Source of the DNA: Chloroflexota bacterium
Lineage (GTDB): Bacteria; Chloroflexota; Limnocylindria; Limnocylindrales; CSP1-4
NCBI GenBank assembly: GCA_040752335.1
Contig: JBFMEV010000007.1
Location: forward strand, 44,147-108,146
Direction of reading: 5' to 3'
Length of the DNA: 64,000 nt
Shown: positions 1-8,647 of the stretch, in pieces
How the letters are laid out: each line of letters starts with the position of its first letter
Position numbering within the stretch: the stretch's first letter is position 1
The notes under the pieces: generated by a model
What the model was told of the DNA's origin: nothing
Database searches by the model: none
What the model saw: the letters and a program-made list of their open reading frames with translations, nothing else
Position numbers and translations under genes: made by a program

Positions 1-1
1 G

Positions 2-607
2 AAGGACTACGTCGGCTCGGCGGCCTCGTGGCGGGGCCTCCAGGCGGTCCTCGCCGACTCGTCGAGCACGTGGTGGGACGACGTCTCGACCCCGGACGTG
101 GAGCGCGCCCGCGACGTCATCTCGCGGGCGTTCGATGCGACGGCGGCCAACCTCCGGGAGCGAGTGGGCGAGCCCGGCCGCTGGACGTGGGGCCGGCTCC
201 ACACCGTGAACTTCCGCGAGCAGAGTCTCGGGCTGTCAGGTCTCGGGCCGCTGGAGTGGTATTTCAACAGCGGCGCGCGCCAGGTCCAGGGCGCCGACGG
301 CGCGATCTTCAACAACTACTACCAGACCTGGCGGGCGTTCGAGGACCCCAACGATCCCGACTTCGTCCCGGCCGGCCTCGACTCGGTCTTCAACGTCTCG
401 AACGGCCCTTCCTACCGGCTGACGATCGACATGTCCACCCTCGACGAAGCGCGGATCGTCATCACGACCGGCCAGAGCGGCAACCCCTTCGATCGCCACT
501 ACGGCGACCTCATCGACGACTGGGCCTCCGGCGGCACGCTGCCGCTGCCCTTCTCCTGGGGCGCCATCGAAGCCAGCGCCGCCTCGACCCTGACGCTGAC
601 GCCCTGA
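2..607 (+). CDS. Penicillin acylase (Ntn-hydrolase) family protein, C-terminal part; 5' end outside window
   Basis: Frame is open from nt 2 (KDYVGSAASW...). C-terminal GQSGNPFDRHYGDLIDDW motif is typical of penicillin/cephalosporin acylase C-termini. Stop at 605-607. Confidence 0.7.
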   Translation, partial: KDYVGSAASWRGLQAVLADSSSTWWDDVSTPDVERARDVISRAFDATAANLRERVGEPGRWTWGRLHTVNFREQSLGLSGLGPLEWYFNSGARQVQGADGAIFNNYYQTWRAFEDPNDPDFVPAGLDSVFNVSNGPSYRLTIDMSTLDEARIVITTGQSGNPFDRHYGDLIDDWASGGTLPLPFSWGAIEASAASTLTLTP

Positions 608-613
608 CCGTGA

Positions 614-982
614 CTACTCGTTGACGGACAGCGGTCCCTCGGGGACTTCGATGAGGATGCGGTCGTCCTCGACCACGACCTCATAGCGGGCGAGCGGGAG
701 CTCGGCCGGCGGATCGAGGGCCTCACCCGTGCCGAGGTCGAAGCGGCTCAGGTGGAGGGCGCAGGTCAGCGTACCGGCGGGCTCGCCGTTCGGACCGGGC
801 GAGCCGCCAGCGGTCAGGAAGCCCTTGTCGAGCTCGAAGTACTCGTGGGTGCAGATGCCCTGGTACGCGCGGACCACGCCGCCGGTGTGCACGACCAGGA
901 CCTGCTCCGTGCCGTCGACCCAGGCCATCTGCATCGTGCCCTCGGGCACGTCGTCGAGGGCCAGGAGATCGATCCGGCGCAC
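614..982 (-). CDS. Rieske [2Fe-2S] ferredoxin-like protein (suf-operon-associated non-heme iron oxygenase ferredoxin subunit type)
   Basis: CTHEYFELD ... CALHLSRFD matches the Rieske CxH...CxxH pattern. I chose the GTG at 982 because the conserved LALDDVPEG segment lies upstream of the first ATG (934). Lies directly after sufD. Confidence 0.8.
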   Translation of the reverse strand: MRRIDLLALDDVPEGTMQMAWVDGTEQVLVVHTGGVVRAYQGICTHEYFELDKGFLTAGGSPGPNGEPAGTLTCALHLSRFDLGTGEALDPPAELPLARYEVVVEDDRILIEVPEGPLSVNE

Positions 983-995
983 GGGCGCTCGCCCG

Positions 996-2453
996 TCAGG
1001 CGGCAGCGCCGGTGGACCCGCCCGAGCTGGTGCCGGCCCCTTCAGCCCACTTCTCGTCGAGGAGCTCGCGGAGACGTTCCTGGGCCGCCGCGAGCGGCAC
1101 GCGAGCGACGACCGGCTCCAGGAAGCCAAGGACGATGAACTTGCGCGCTTCGTCGGGGGGGATGCCGCGCGTCTCGAGGTAGAAGAGCTGGGCCGGGTCG
1201 ATGGGGCCCACCGACGACGAGTGCGCGGCCCGGCGGCAGTCGGGCTGGTCGATCTCGAGCGACGGGATGGCCACGGCCCTGTTGGCCCGCGAGAGGTTCA
1301 TCCCGAACTCGCCGAGGAACGAATCCGTCCCCACGGCGGACTTCTCGATCGTGATGAGGCCCTTCATGTACGACCGGGCGCGGTCGAGGAGGGCAGCCTT
1401 CGAGAGGAGGTTGCCCGTCGTGTCCCGGCCAAGATGGCGGGTGTAGCTCGTGAGGTCGAAGACCTGCTCCTCGTCGCCGAAGACGATCTCGGCCTGCTCG
1501 ACCGAGGAACGATCGCCTTCGAGGCGGTTGTCGACGCGCGACCGGACGAGCCGCGATCCCAGCTGGGCGAGCGCCCAGTGGAGCGACGCACCCTCCCCGA
1601 CCCGGGCGGTCCGGTGCTGGAAAACGACCTGGCGCGGCCCGAGGTCCTGGATGGCGGCGACCGCGAGCCGCGCATCCGTGCCCAGGACGACCTCGGTCGT
1701 GCCATGGAAGAAGCCCTGCGGGACGATCTCGCCCTCGGCGCAGTCGACGTCGGCGCCGGACGGGACCTGCTCCTCGACGAGCGATATGTCGGCGCCGGCC
1801 CCAAGGCGGACCAGCGTCCGGGTGACGAGCGCCCGGCCGGGATTGCCGCTCGCCCATCGTACGAGGATTGGATGGGTGAGGTGGACGTGATCCGGCACGA
1901 CGAGCCGAACGCCCTGGCTCCAGAAGCCGCGCGCGAGCTGGGCCAGCTTGTCGTTCGCGGGCAGGGAGGCGCCACCCTCGATGTCGGCTCGGAGGCCGTC
2001 CGGGTGGCGGGCCAGCGCCGCCTCGAAGGTCTCGAGGATGACCCCGCCGCGGACAGCCGCCGGCGACAGGGCGAGCGTCGCGACCTGGTCCTCGCGGAGC
2101 TCGATGAGCCCGTCGACGCCGACAGGCAGCTCGGGGGCTGCCGTCGCCGCTGGAGCCGATTCCGTCCGGACCCACGGCCGTGCCTCGAAGAGGTCCGCGC
2201 TGCGGAGATCGATGTACGGGGTGTAGAGCTGGTTCGACTCGACCGGCAGCGCCTCGAAGGCCTGCCAGGCCGCAACGCGCTCGTCCCGCAGCCAGGCCGG
2301 TTCCTCACGCTCGGCCGCCAGCGCTTCGGCGAGGCCGCGGTCGGCGAACCGGAAGGGCAGGTCGGTCGGCGAGCGCCGCGGCGCCCTGGCGGGCTTGCCG
2401 GGTTCGGTGTTCGAGGCGGGGACGGCCTCCTTCGGGGCGGAGGTCGACGTCAC
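996..2453 (-). CDS. sufD: Fe-S cluster assembly protein SufD
   Basis: 485-aa ORF. ATGA overlap with the sufB stop (2450-2453). SufD-like beta-helix C-terminal region (AHSSSVGPIDPAQLFYLETRGIPPDEARKFIV). Confidence 0.85.
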   Translation of the reverse strand: MTSTSAPKEAVPASNTEPGKPARAPRRSPTDLPFRFADRGLAEALAAEREEPAWLRDERVAAWQAFEALPVESNQLYTPYIDLRSADLFEARPWVRTESAPAATAAPELPVGVDGLIELREDQVATLALSPAAVRGGVILETFEAALARHPDGLRADIEGGASLPANDKLAQLARGFWSQGVRLVVPDHVHLTHPILVRWASGNPGRALVTRTLVRLGAGADISLVEEQVPSGADVDCAEGEIVPQGFFHGTTEVVLGTDARLAVAAIQDLGPRQVVFQHRTARVGEGASLHWALAQLGSRLVRSRVDNRLEGDRSSVEQAEIVFGDEEQVFDLTSYTRHLGRDTTGNLLSKAALLDRARSYMKGLITIEKSAVGTDSFLGEFGMNLSRANRAVAIPSLEIDQPDCRRAAHSSSVGPIDPAQLFYLETRGIPPDEARKFIVLGFLEPVVARVPLAAAQERLRELLDEKWAEGAGTSSGGSTGAAA

Positions 2454-4939
2454 CCGAGCGAGCCCTCCATCTCGAGCTTCACGAGCCGGTTGAACTCGAT
2501 GGCGTATTCCATCGGAAGCTCCTTCGTGAAGACCTCGAGGAAGCCCTGGATGACGAGGTTCTGGGCCTCGTTCTCGGTCAGGCCGCGGCTCATCAGGTAG
2601 AAGATCTGGTCCTGGCTGATCTTCCCGACGGTGGCCTCATGGGTCATCGTCGTGTCGTCTTCCTGGATGTCGATGTAGGGGTACGTGTCGCTCCGGCTCT
2701 CGTCGTCGAGCATCAGGGCGTCGCAGCGGACCGAGGCGACCACGCCGGTCGCGCCCGGCGAGACCTTCAGCTGGCCTCGGTACGTCGCCCGACCGCCGTC
2801 CTTGGAGACGGACTTCGAGACGATCCGCGACGTCGTGTTCTTCGCGAGGTGGATCGCCTTTGCCCCGGTGTCCTGGTGCTGCCCGCGACCCGCAACCGCG
2901 ACCGAGATGATGTCGGCGCTCGATCCCTCACCGCGGAGATAGATGCTCGGGAACTTGACGGTCTTGCGTGACCCCGTGTTGGCGTCGATCCACTCCACCG
3001 TGGCTCGCTCGTGGGCATGAGCGCGCTTGGTCACCAAGTTATAGACGTCATTCGACCAGTTCTGAATCGTCGTGTAGCGTACCTTGGATCCAGGCAGCGC
3101 GATCACTTCAACGACCGCAACATGAAGCGAATCAGTTGCATAGATTGGCGCGGTGCAGTTGTGAACGGCGAAGCCGCGGGCAAGGTAGGCGTTCGGCGCG
3201 CTCGCCATCTCCAGGTTGTAGACCCAGCCGTCGTACGGCCGCCGCTCGATCTTGCGGATCGGCACCCAGAAGCAGTTGCGCCCGGCATCGAACCAGACCA
3301 TCCGATTGCCTGGATTCTCGGTGAAATGGACTACGTACGCTTCTCGATGGCTGATCTCGCGGCCATCTGGCATCACCTCATTGAATGCCTTGCGGACGTT
3401 GATGCCCACGTACGTGCCAAGCCGCGCCAGCACCTCCTGCAGCTGGAAAGCCAGCGTCCGCGACGTGGTGGCCGCCCTAACGATCACCGAGTCGCCCTTG
3501 GCGCGCTTCGTGCGGTTGCCGTCGCCGACGAGGTAGGTATCCAGGAACAGCTTCTGACGCTTCGGAGGCAGCTCCATGAGTTCGCCGCTCAGCCGCTTCG
3601 TCGCCGAGCCGCTGCCGCAGTGCCTCAGGCATCGATTCATCAACTCGCGCGAGTAGACATAGACCTGAGCCTCATTCTTGCCTGGGACCTCGTACAGGCC
3701 TGCTCGCTTGCCCGATAGTGCGCTCATCAGAGAGCGCGCGTCCTCGATCGTGTCGGTCTCGGCGATGTTGAAGGACAGCCGCACCGTCGGAACGCCGTTG
3801 ACCCCGTTCTCGAAGGCGCTGCCTTCTGCGAGGTAGTAGCCGAGGAAGCGAAGTAGCTCATCGGAGAGCTCAGGATGATCGACGCACTTCGCGGCGACCG
3901 GGAAGCACAGGAGATCGCCGGGCTGCAGGTCACCCGCTGGGATCCACTCCGGATCGGCGGTGTGCAGCGCAGATTCATCCATCTTCCAATCGGTGCCCTG
4001 CCACACGGCTGCGCGCTGGCGCCGCATGGCCAGGACTGGATGCTCGGGCGTCACCTCGAACCCATTGCCGACGGACACGGGCACGATCTTCAGCATGTCT
4101 CCGGCGTATGTCCGACGACGCGCCGCCGAGACCAACGCCTCGACACCGTCGCTGTTCATGACCTTCATACCGGCCGTGACATCGACGACGGGAACCATCG
4201 CGTCACCGAGGCTGACGAGCTCCGAATCGCTCAAGCAGCCCTCGATGTAGTGGACCTTGGCCCCTTCGTCAACAACGATGAGCGTTCGTTCGAACTGGCC
4301 GGTGTTCTCGCCGTTGATGCGGAAGTAGGCCTGGAGCGGGAGCGGGACCTCGACGCCCTTGGGGACGTAGACGAACGAGCCGCCCGACCACACGGCGCCG
4401 TTGAGGGCCGAGAACTTGTTGTCCTCGTGGGGCACGACCGTGCCGAAATACTTGCGGAAGAGCTCCGGGTACTCCTTGAGGCCCTGGTCCGTGCCCATGA
4501 ACACGACGCCGATCTTGGCCAGCTCCTCGCGGACGTTGTGGTAGACGACCTCCGAGTCGTACTGGGCGCCGACGCCGGCGAGGAACTTGCGCTCCGCCTC
4601 GGGAATGCCGAGCTTCTCGAACGTCGCCTTGATCTGCTCCGGGACGTCGTCCCAGGACTTCTCCTCGCGCTCGGACGGCTTGCGGTAGTAGACGATCTTG
4701 TCGAAGTCGATCTTGTCGAGGCCGTCCGTCCACATCGGCATCGGCCGCTTGAGGAAATGGTCGTAGGCCCGGAGGCGGGACTGGAGCATCCAGTCCGGCT
4801 CCTCCTTGATCCGGCTGATCTCCTCGACCGTGTCCCGTGTCAGCCCCCGCTTCGTCTCGCGCAGGTAGGCGATGTCGTCGTGGAAGGCGTACTGGTCGCG
4901 ACGATCGGCGACTGCTTCACGCGTCTTCGAGGAGGTCAT
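2450..4939 (-). CDS. sufB: Fe-S cluster assembly protein SufB, interrupted by an in-frame intein
   Basis: 829 aa. SufB motifs flank the insert (VHYIEG / CTAPIY ... FPSIYLRGEGS ... THEATVGKISQDQIFYLMSRG). GGAGAG Shine-Dalgarno precedes the ATG at 4939. Confidence 0.95.
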   Translation of the reverse strand: MTSSKTREAVADRRDQYAFHDDIAYLRETKRGLTRDTVEEISRIKEEPDWMLQSRLRAYDHFLKRPMPMWTDGLDKIDFDKIVYYRKPSEREEKSWDDVPEQIKATFEKLGIPEAERKFLAGVGAQYDSEVVYHNVREELAKIGVVFMGTDQGLKEYPELFRKYFGTVVPHEDNKFSALNGAVWSGGSFVYVPKGVEVPLPLQAYFRINGENTGQFERTLIVVDEGAKVHYIEGCLSDSELVSLGDAMVPVVDVTAGMKVMNSDGVEALVSAARRRTYAGDMLKIVPVSVGNGFEVTPEHPVLAMRRQRAAVWQGTDWKMDESALHTADPEWIPAGDLQPGDLLCFPVAAKCVDHPELSDELLRFLGYYLAEGSAFENGVNGVPTVRLSFNIAETDTIEDARSLMSALSGKRAGLYEVPGKNEAQVYVYSRELMNRCLRHCGSGSATKRLSGELMELPPKRQKLFLDTYLVGDGNRTKRAKGDSVIVRAATTSRTLAFQLQEVLARLGTYVGINVRKAFNEVMPDGREISHREAYVVHFTENPGNRMVWFDAGRNCFWVPIRKIERRPYDGWVYNLEMASAPNAYLARGFAVHNCTAPIYATDSLHVAVVEVIALPGSKVRYTTIQNWSNDVYNLVTKRAHAHERATVEWIDANTGSRKTVKFPSIYLRGEGSSADIISVAVAGRGQHQDTGAKAIHLAKNTTSRIVSKSVSKDGGRATYRGQLKVSPGATGVVASVRCDALMLDDESRSDTYPYIDIQEDDTTMTHEATVGKISQDQIFYLMSRGLTENEAQNLVIQGFLEVFTKELPMEYAIEFNRLVKLEMEGSLG
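3158..4237 (-). mobile_element. Intein (360 aa) with LAGLIDADG homing-endonuclease domain, inserted in SufB between EG and CTAP
   Basis: Starts with Cys (CLSDSELV; codon 4237-4235). Block B is TPEHPV. Two LAGLIDADG-like motifs (LLRFLGYYLAEGS, FLDTYLVGDGN). Ends VHN (Asn codon 3160-3158), followed by Cys+1. The DNA is visibly less GC-rich than the flanks. Confidence 0.9.
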
Positions 4940-4999
4940 CAGCTCTCCGGTGGTCCGGCTTCTGTCGGGGCGTCGTGGCCGCCTTCGGCGGCTCCTATC

Positions 5000-5026
5000 T
5001 AATCCCGAGTCAAATTATCGGGATTA
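5000..5026. promoter_or_regulatory. Inverted repeat TAATCCCGA-N9-TCGGGATTA in the sufB / WYL-regulator divergent promoter region (candidate operator)
   Basis: Perfect 9-bp arms, AT-rich island in a GC-rich genome. Lies 61-87 nt upstream of the sufB ATG. Confidence 0.35.
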
Positions 5027-5148
5027 CCCGTCCAAGCGTCAACGACACCCGATCCGGCTCGAGCGGGGCTGCCGTCTACGCCTTCGCCACGTCCAGACGC
5101 ATCGAAACCTGACACATTTCGGCATGTTCTCGGCTACGATGGCCCGCG

Positions 5149-6129
5149 ATGCGCGCGTCGCGGCTGGTCTCGCTGTTGCTCCTGCTCCAGACGCGCGGCC
5201 AGATGACCGCGGCCGAGCTCGCCCGCGAGCTCGAGATCTCCATCCGGACGGTCCACCGCGACGTCGAGGCGCTCGCCGAATCCGGTGTCCCGATCTACGC
5301 CGAGCGCGGCCTCCGTGGGGGAATCCGCCTCGTCGACGGCTACCGGACCCGGCTCACCGGCCTGACCGCCGATGAGGCCGAGGCACTGTTCCTGTCGGGC
5401 CTGCCGGGACCGGCCGCCGAGCTGGGGCTCGGGACGGTCGTGGCCGCGGCCCGGCTCAAGGTCCTCGCCGCGCTCCCCGGCGAGCTCCGCGGCCGAGCGA
5501 CCCGCTTGGTGGAACGCTTCCACCTCGACGCGGCGGGCTGGTTCCAGGCCGACGAGCCCGTCCCGGCACTGGCCGCGCTCGCCGACGCGGTCTGGAGCGG
5601 GCAGCGCATCGACATCGAGTACGACCGGGGCCAGACGGTCTCTTCGCGCCGCCTCGATCCGCTGGGGCTCGTCCTCAAGGCCGGCGTGTGGTACCTCGTC
5701 GCGCTCGCCGAGGGCCAGCCACGCACGTACCGCGTTTCCCGCGTGCGCGCGGCGAGAACGCTCGACGAGCGCGTGGAGCGGCCGCCGGACTTCGACCTGG
5801 CCTCGTTCTGGGCGGAATCCTCGGCCGCCTACGAGCGCGAGGCCGCCCGCGTGGATGTGACGGTCCGGGCGGATCCGGAGCGGCTCGACCAGCTGCGCGC
5901 CGCGGTCGGATCCCATGCCGTCGCCGCGGCCGAACGGATCCCGGCGATCGACCCGGATGGCTGGATACGGATACGGCTGCGGCTGGACTGGCCGGACGAG
6001 GTCCCGGCCCGCCTGCTCGCGGCCGGCGCCTCGATCGAGGTCCTGGAACCGCCCGACATCCGCGACCGGCTGGCACGCATCGCCCGTCGGGTGGCGGATC
6101 GCTACGAGGCGGCGCCCGCCGGGCTCTGA
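5149..6129 (+). CDS. YafY-family transcriptional regulator (N-terminal HTH + WYL domain)
   Basis: N-terminus LLLLLQTRGQMTAAELARELEISIRTVHRDVEALAESGVPIYAERG is the YafY/DeoR-type HTH. Central WYL-like segment (GVWYLVA). 326 aa. Confidence 0.85.
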   Translation: MRASRLVSLLLLLQTRGQMTAAELARELEISIRTVHRDVEALAESGVPIYAERGLRGGIRLVDGYRTRLTGLTADEAEALFLSGLPGPAAELGLGTVVAAARLKVLAALPGELRGRATRLVERFHLDAAGWFQADEPVPALAALADAVWSGQRIDIEYDRGQTVSSRRLDPLGLVLKAGVWYLVALAEGQPRTYRVSRVRAARTLDERVERPPDFDLASFWAESSAAYEREAARVDVTVRADPERLDQLRAAVGSHAVAAAERIPAIDPDGWIRIRLRLDWPDEVPARLLAAGASIEVLEPPDIRDRLARIARRVADRYEAAPAGL

Positions 6130-6346
6130 CGGCCGGCGATCCGCGGAGTCCGCGCCGGGCCGCACGGATCAACCGGCTCAGGCTCCGGCTCCGGCTGGAG
6201 CCGCCGCCGCAGCTCGAGCCAGCGCACGAGCTCGCGCTCGCGATCCTTGTGAATGAGGAGTCCGATTCCGAGGTTCACCATCGGGACACCAACCTCGCTG
6301 GGCGATCGTTCGACCGCGTTCTCGTTGATATCCGGAGGCTACCGGC

Positions 6347-6373
6347 GGAACATGACAGGTCCTGTCATGTTCC
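6347..6373. repeat. Perfect 27-bp palindrome GGAACATGACAGG-T-CCTGTCATGTTCC (operator or bidirectional terminator)
   Basis: 13-bp perfect arms around one central base. Lies between convergent genes (5149-6129 + and 6428-6790 -). Confidence 0.5.
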
Positions 6374-6427
6374 TCGAGGGCAGGCCAGCGAACGACCCAC
6401 CGACCCCTCCCGGGGCCTGGATGAGCG

Positions 6428-6790
6428 TCAGCCGTCGGCGTCGTCCCCCACTCGCTCGACCGGTGGAGCTGGGCGACGAGCTGACGACAGGAAGAACGCG
6501 ATCGCGCCGGCGACGAGGAAGACGACCCCGACCGTGGCAGTCCCGTTGACGACCTCGGCCAGGTCCGGACCGGCCGTGCCCAGGCCCTGGGTGACGCCGC
6601 TCACCCCCGTCCCGACCATGGCACCGATCGCCAGGGCCAGGAGGTCCCACCGGCGGCGGGCGACGATGCCGCCCGCCGCGCCGACCCCGACCACCAGGGC
6701 GAGCGCCATCGCCGAGGCCGACGGCGGCAGGAACATCACCAGCCATAGGGCAACCGTCCCGGCGAGCCCGAAGCCGACGTACCGGCGCAT
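6428..6790 (-). CDS. Hypothetical small membrane protein (about 4 TM segments)
   Basis: 120-aa ORF made of hydrophobic Gly/Ala/Val-rich helices. No recognisable family. Confidence 0.45.
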   Translation of the reverse strand: MRRYVGFGLAGTVALWLVMFLPPSASAMALALVVGVGAAGGIVARRRWDLLALAIGAMVGTGVSGVTQGLGTAGPDLAEVVNGTATVGVVFLVAGAIAFFLSSARRPAPPVERVGDDADG

Positions 6791-6813
6791 CGCGGTCAGG
6801 GTACCCTCGCCAC

Positions 6814-7250
6814 GTGCGGATCGTGCTGGTCGTCCCCGGCGGCGTAGGCGCCGACGGCGTCCACGAGGTGATCCCTGCGCCCCTGTCCGTGATCCGGCGG
6901 CTGGTCGCGACCCATGACGTGCTTGCTATCGCAACGGACCAGGCGCCGAGCCACCGTCCTACCGGTTCGAGGGGGCGTTGGGAGCGGCCGTGGGAGGGCG
7001 ACGACGCGGCCGCGGGCGGCCCTGGGCGCACCGGCGCCCGATCTCAGCGATCCGGGCGATTCGCGCTATCCGGGCTTTCGAGCCCGGCGTGATCCATGCC
7101 TGCTGGCTCGGGGGTCGAGCACGCTCGGGATCCCGGCCGGCGGGCACACCCGGGCCTCGCCGCACGGGCCTGGGCCGGCGCCCACGACGCGGACTGGACC
7201 GCGGCGGCATTCGAGGTGATCTACGCCGAGGTCATCGGGCGGCGCCGCCG
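6814..7250 (+). pseudogene. Possible decayed N-terminal remnant of a GT-B (GT4-like) glycosyltransferase
   Basis: GT4-like N-terminus RIVLVVPGGVGADGVHEVIPAPLSVIRRLVATHDVLAIAT in one frame. Later GT-like pieces appear in the other two frames (AIRAFEPGVIHACWLGG; LGIPAGGH). No intact ORF. Confidence 0.3.
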
Positions 7251-7256
7251 GATCAT

Positions 7257-8498
7257 CTAGAAGAACGTCTGGCAGCGCGGCGGGTCGAGCGTTCGCAGGA
7301 GCGCGTCGGCCTCGGCCAGTGCCCCAGCCCGGTGCTCGTCGCAACCGCGCGGGAGGACCGCCAGGCGCAGCGGCGTGCCGCCCAGGTAGGCTGCCCCGAG
7401 GGCGTCGGCGCTGACGGTCAGGTCGGGCGCTCGGGATGTCGTCGAGCAGGCTGCACCGTCGGGGCCTGCCTGGAGGTGGACGCGAGATCGCCCGGACCCG
7501 GAGTCGGCGTCGACGACCTCGATGACCAGGTCACCGCTCCGCTCGTAGCCCCGGGCCGCGAGCGCGGCCGCGATGTCGAGGAGGCAAACCCACAGCCCGT
7601 CGCCGATGCCCTCGAACTGCAGCGCGCGCGGATTGGTGAGGAGCCAGGGGAGGCGCTCGAACGGCGAGCGCCGATCGGCCTTGACTGTAGTCACGAGGTC
7701 GAGGTTGGCCAGGTATCGCCACAGCGCGTCATACGCCCCGTCGGTCAGGGCCACGAGGTCCTGGACAGAGACGATGGAGCGGGGCTGACCGTGCTCCCAC
7801 TTCAGCTCGGCGCTGTACTGGACGTAGCCGTCCGGTGCCCCGGCCGCATCGCGGTGGATGGCGACCCAACCCTTCCAGGGCGGGCTCCAACCGGTCTCGA
7901 GGAGTCCCAGGGCCGTCCGGAGCATGTAGTCGCGCCGGCGGACCTGGCCGGCCTGCGACCGGCGAAACCGGTCGAAGAGATCGGCGATTAGCTCGACGGT
8001 CTGGGCCTCCACCGGCACGAGGCTCACGCCGCCCGCGGCAGCCCCCTCGACGAACCCGGTCGAGCTCGTGTCGAGCGTCAGGTCGCACCCGGTCACGCCA
8101 ACGCCGTAACCGAACCGCCCGTAGATCGAGGCCTCGGACGCATACAACAAGCCGATGCGCTCGCCGCGGGCCCGGGCCGCGTCATGCTCGGCCGCGAGCA
8201 TCCGGCGCATGAGCCCCCGGCGGCGGTGGGTCGGAAGGACCGTTACCGCCGCGACCGCGGCCGCCGGGACCAGCGCCCCGCCCGGGACGGTGAGCTCAGT
8301 CGGCCAGCTCCGAAGGGTGCCCACGACCCCACCGTCGAACGCGCCCCAGGTGCGATCGAAATCGTAGGACGGCCCCCGGACCTCGGCCATCCGGGCGACG
8401 TCGGGGCGGCCCAGGAACGCCGTCGACAGGGCTTCCAGCCAGGGCACGAGCTCGCTCGGCGTGATCCGGCGGACGTCGACGTCGAGCGGTTTGGCCAT
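7257..8498 (-). CDS. Eis-like GNAT N-acetyltransferase (GNAT + SCP2-like C-terminal domain)
   Basis: TVLPTHRRRGLMRRMLAAEHDAARARGERIGLLYASEASIYGRFGYG is the Eis-type acetyl-CoA site. Size is 413 aa from the internal ATG (MAKPLDVDVRRITPSE). Confidence 0.8.
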   Translation of the reverse strand: MAKPLDVDVRRITPSELVPWLEALSTAFLGRPDVARMAEVRGPSYDFDRTWGAFDGGVVGTLRSWPTELTVPGGALVPAAAVAAVTVLPTHRRRGLMRRMLAAEHDAARARGERIGLLYASEASIYGRFGYGVGVTGCDLTLDTSSTGFVEGAAAGGVSLVPVEAQTVELIADLFDRFRRSQAGQVRRRDYMLRTALGLLETGWSPPWKGWVAIHRDAAGAPDGYVQYSAELKWEHGQPRSIVSVQDLVALTDGAYDALWRYLANLDLVTTVKADRRSPFERLPWLLTNPRALQFEGIGDGLWVCLLDIAAALAARGYERSGDLVIEVVDADSGSGRSRVHLQAGPDGAACSTTSRAPDLTVSADALGAAYLGGTPLRLAVLPRGCDEHRAGALAEADALLRTLDPPRCQTFF

Positions 8499-8647
8499 CA
8501 GGTCGAGGATACCGGGCCGCGCCGGCGTGGACGCGACATGCGGGCCCTGTGGCACGATGCCGGCGTGCTGGAGCTCCTCGACGACCCGTGGCATCTGGCC
8601 GTCTCGCCGGTCGAGCTCGCCCCGCCCAGCACCCTCGTCCCGGCACG

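Noticed and set aside
729-2600. 623-aa plus-strand ORF.
   Set aside because: It is antisense to sufD and the Rieske gene. The minus-strand products carry clear family motifs and operon coupling.
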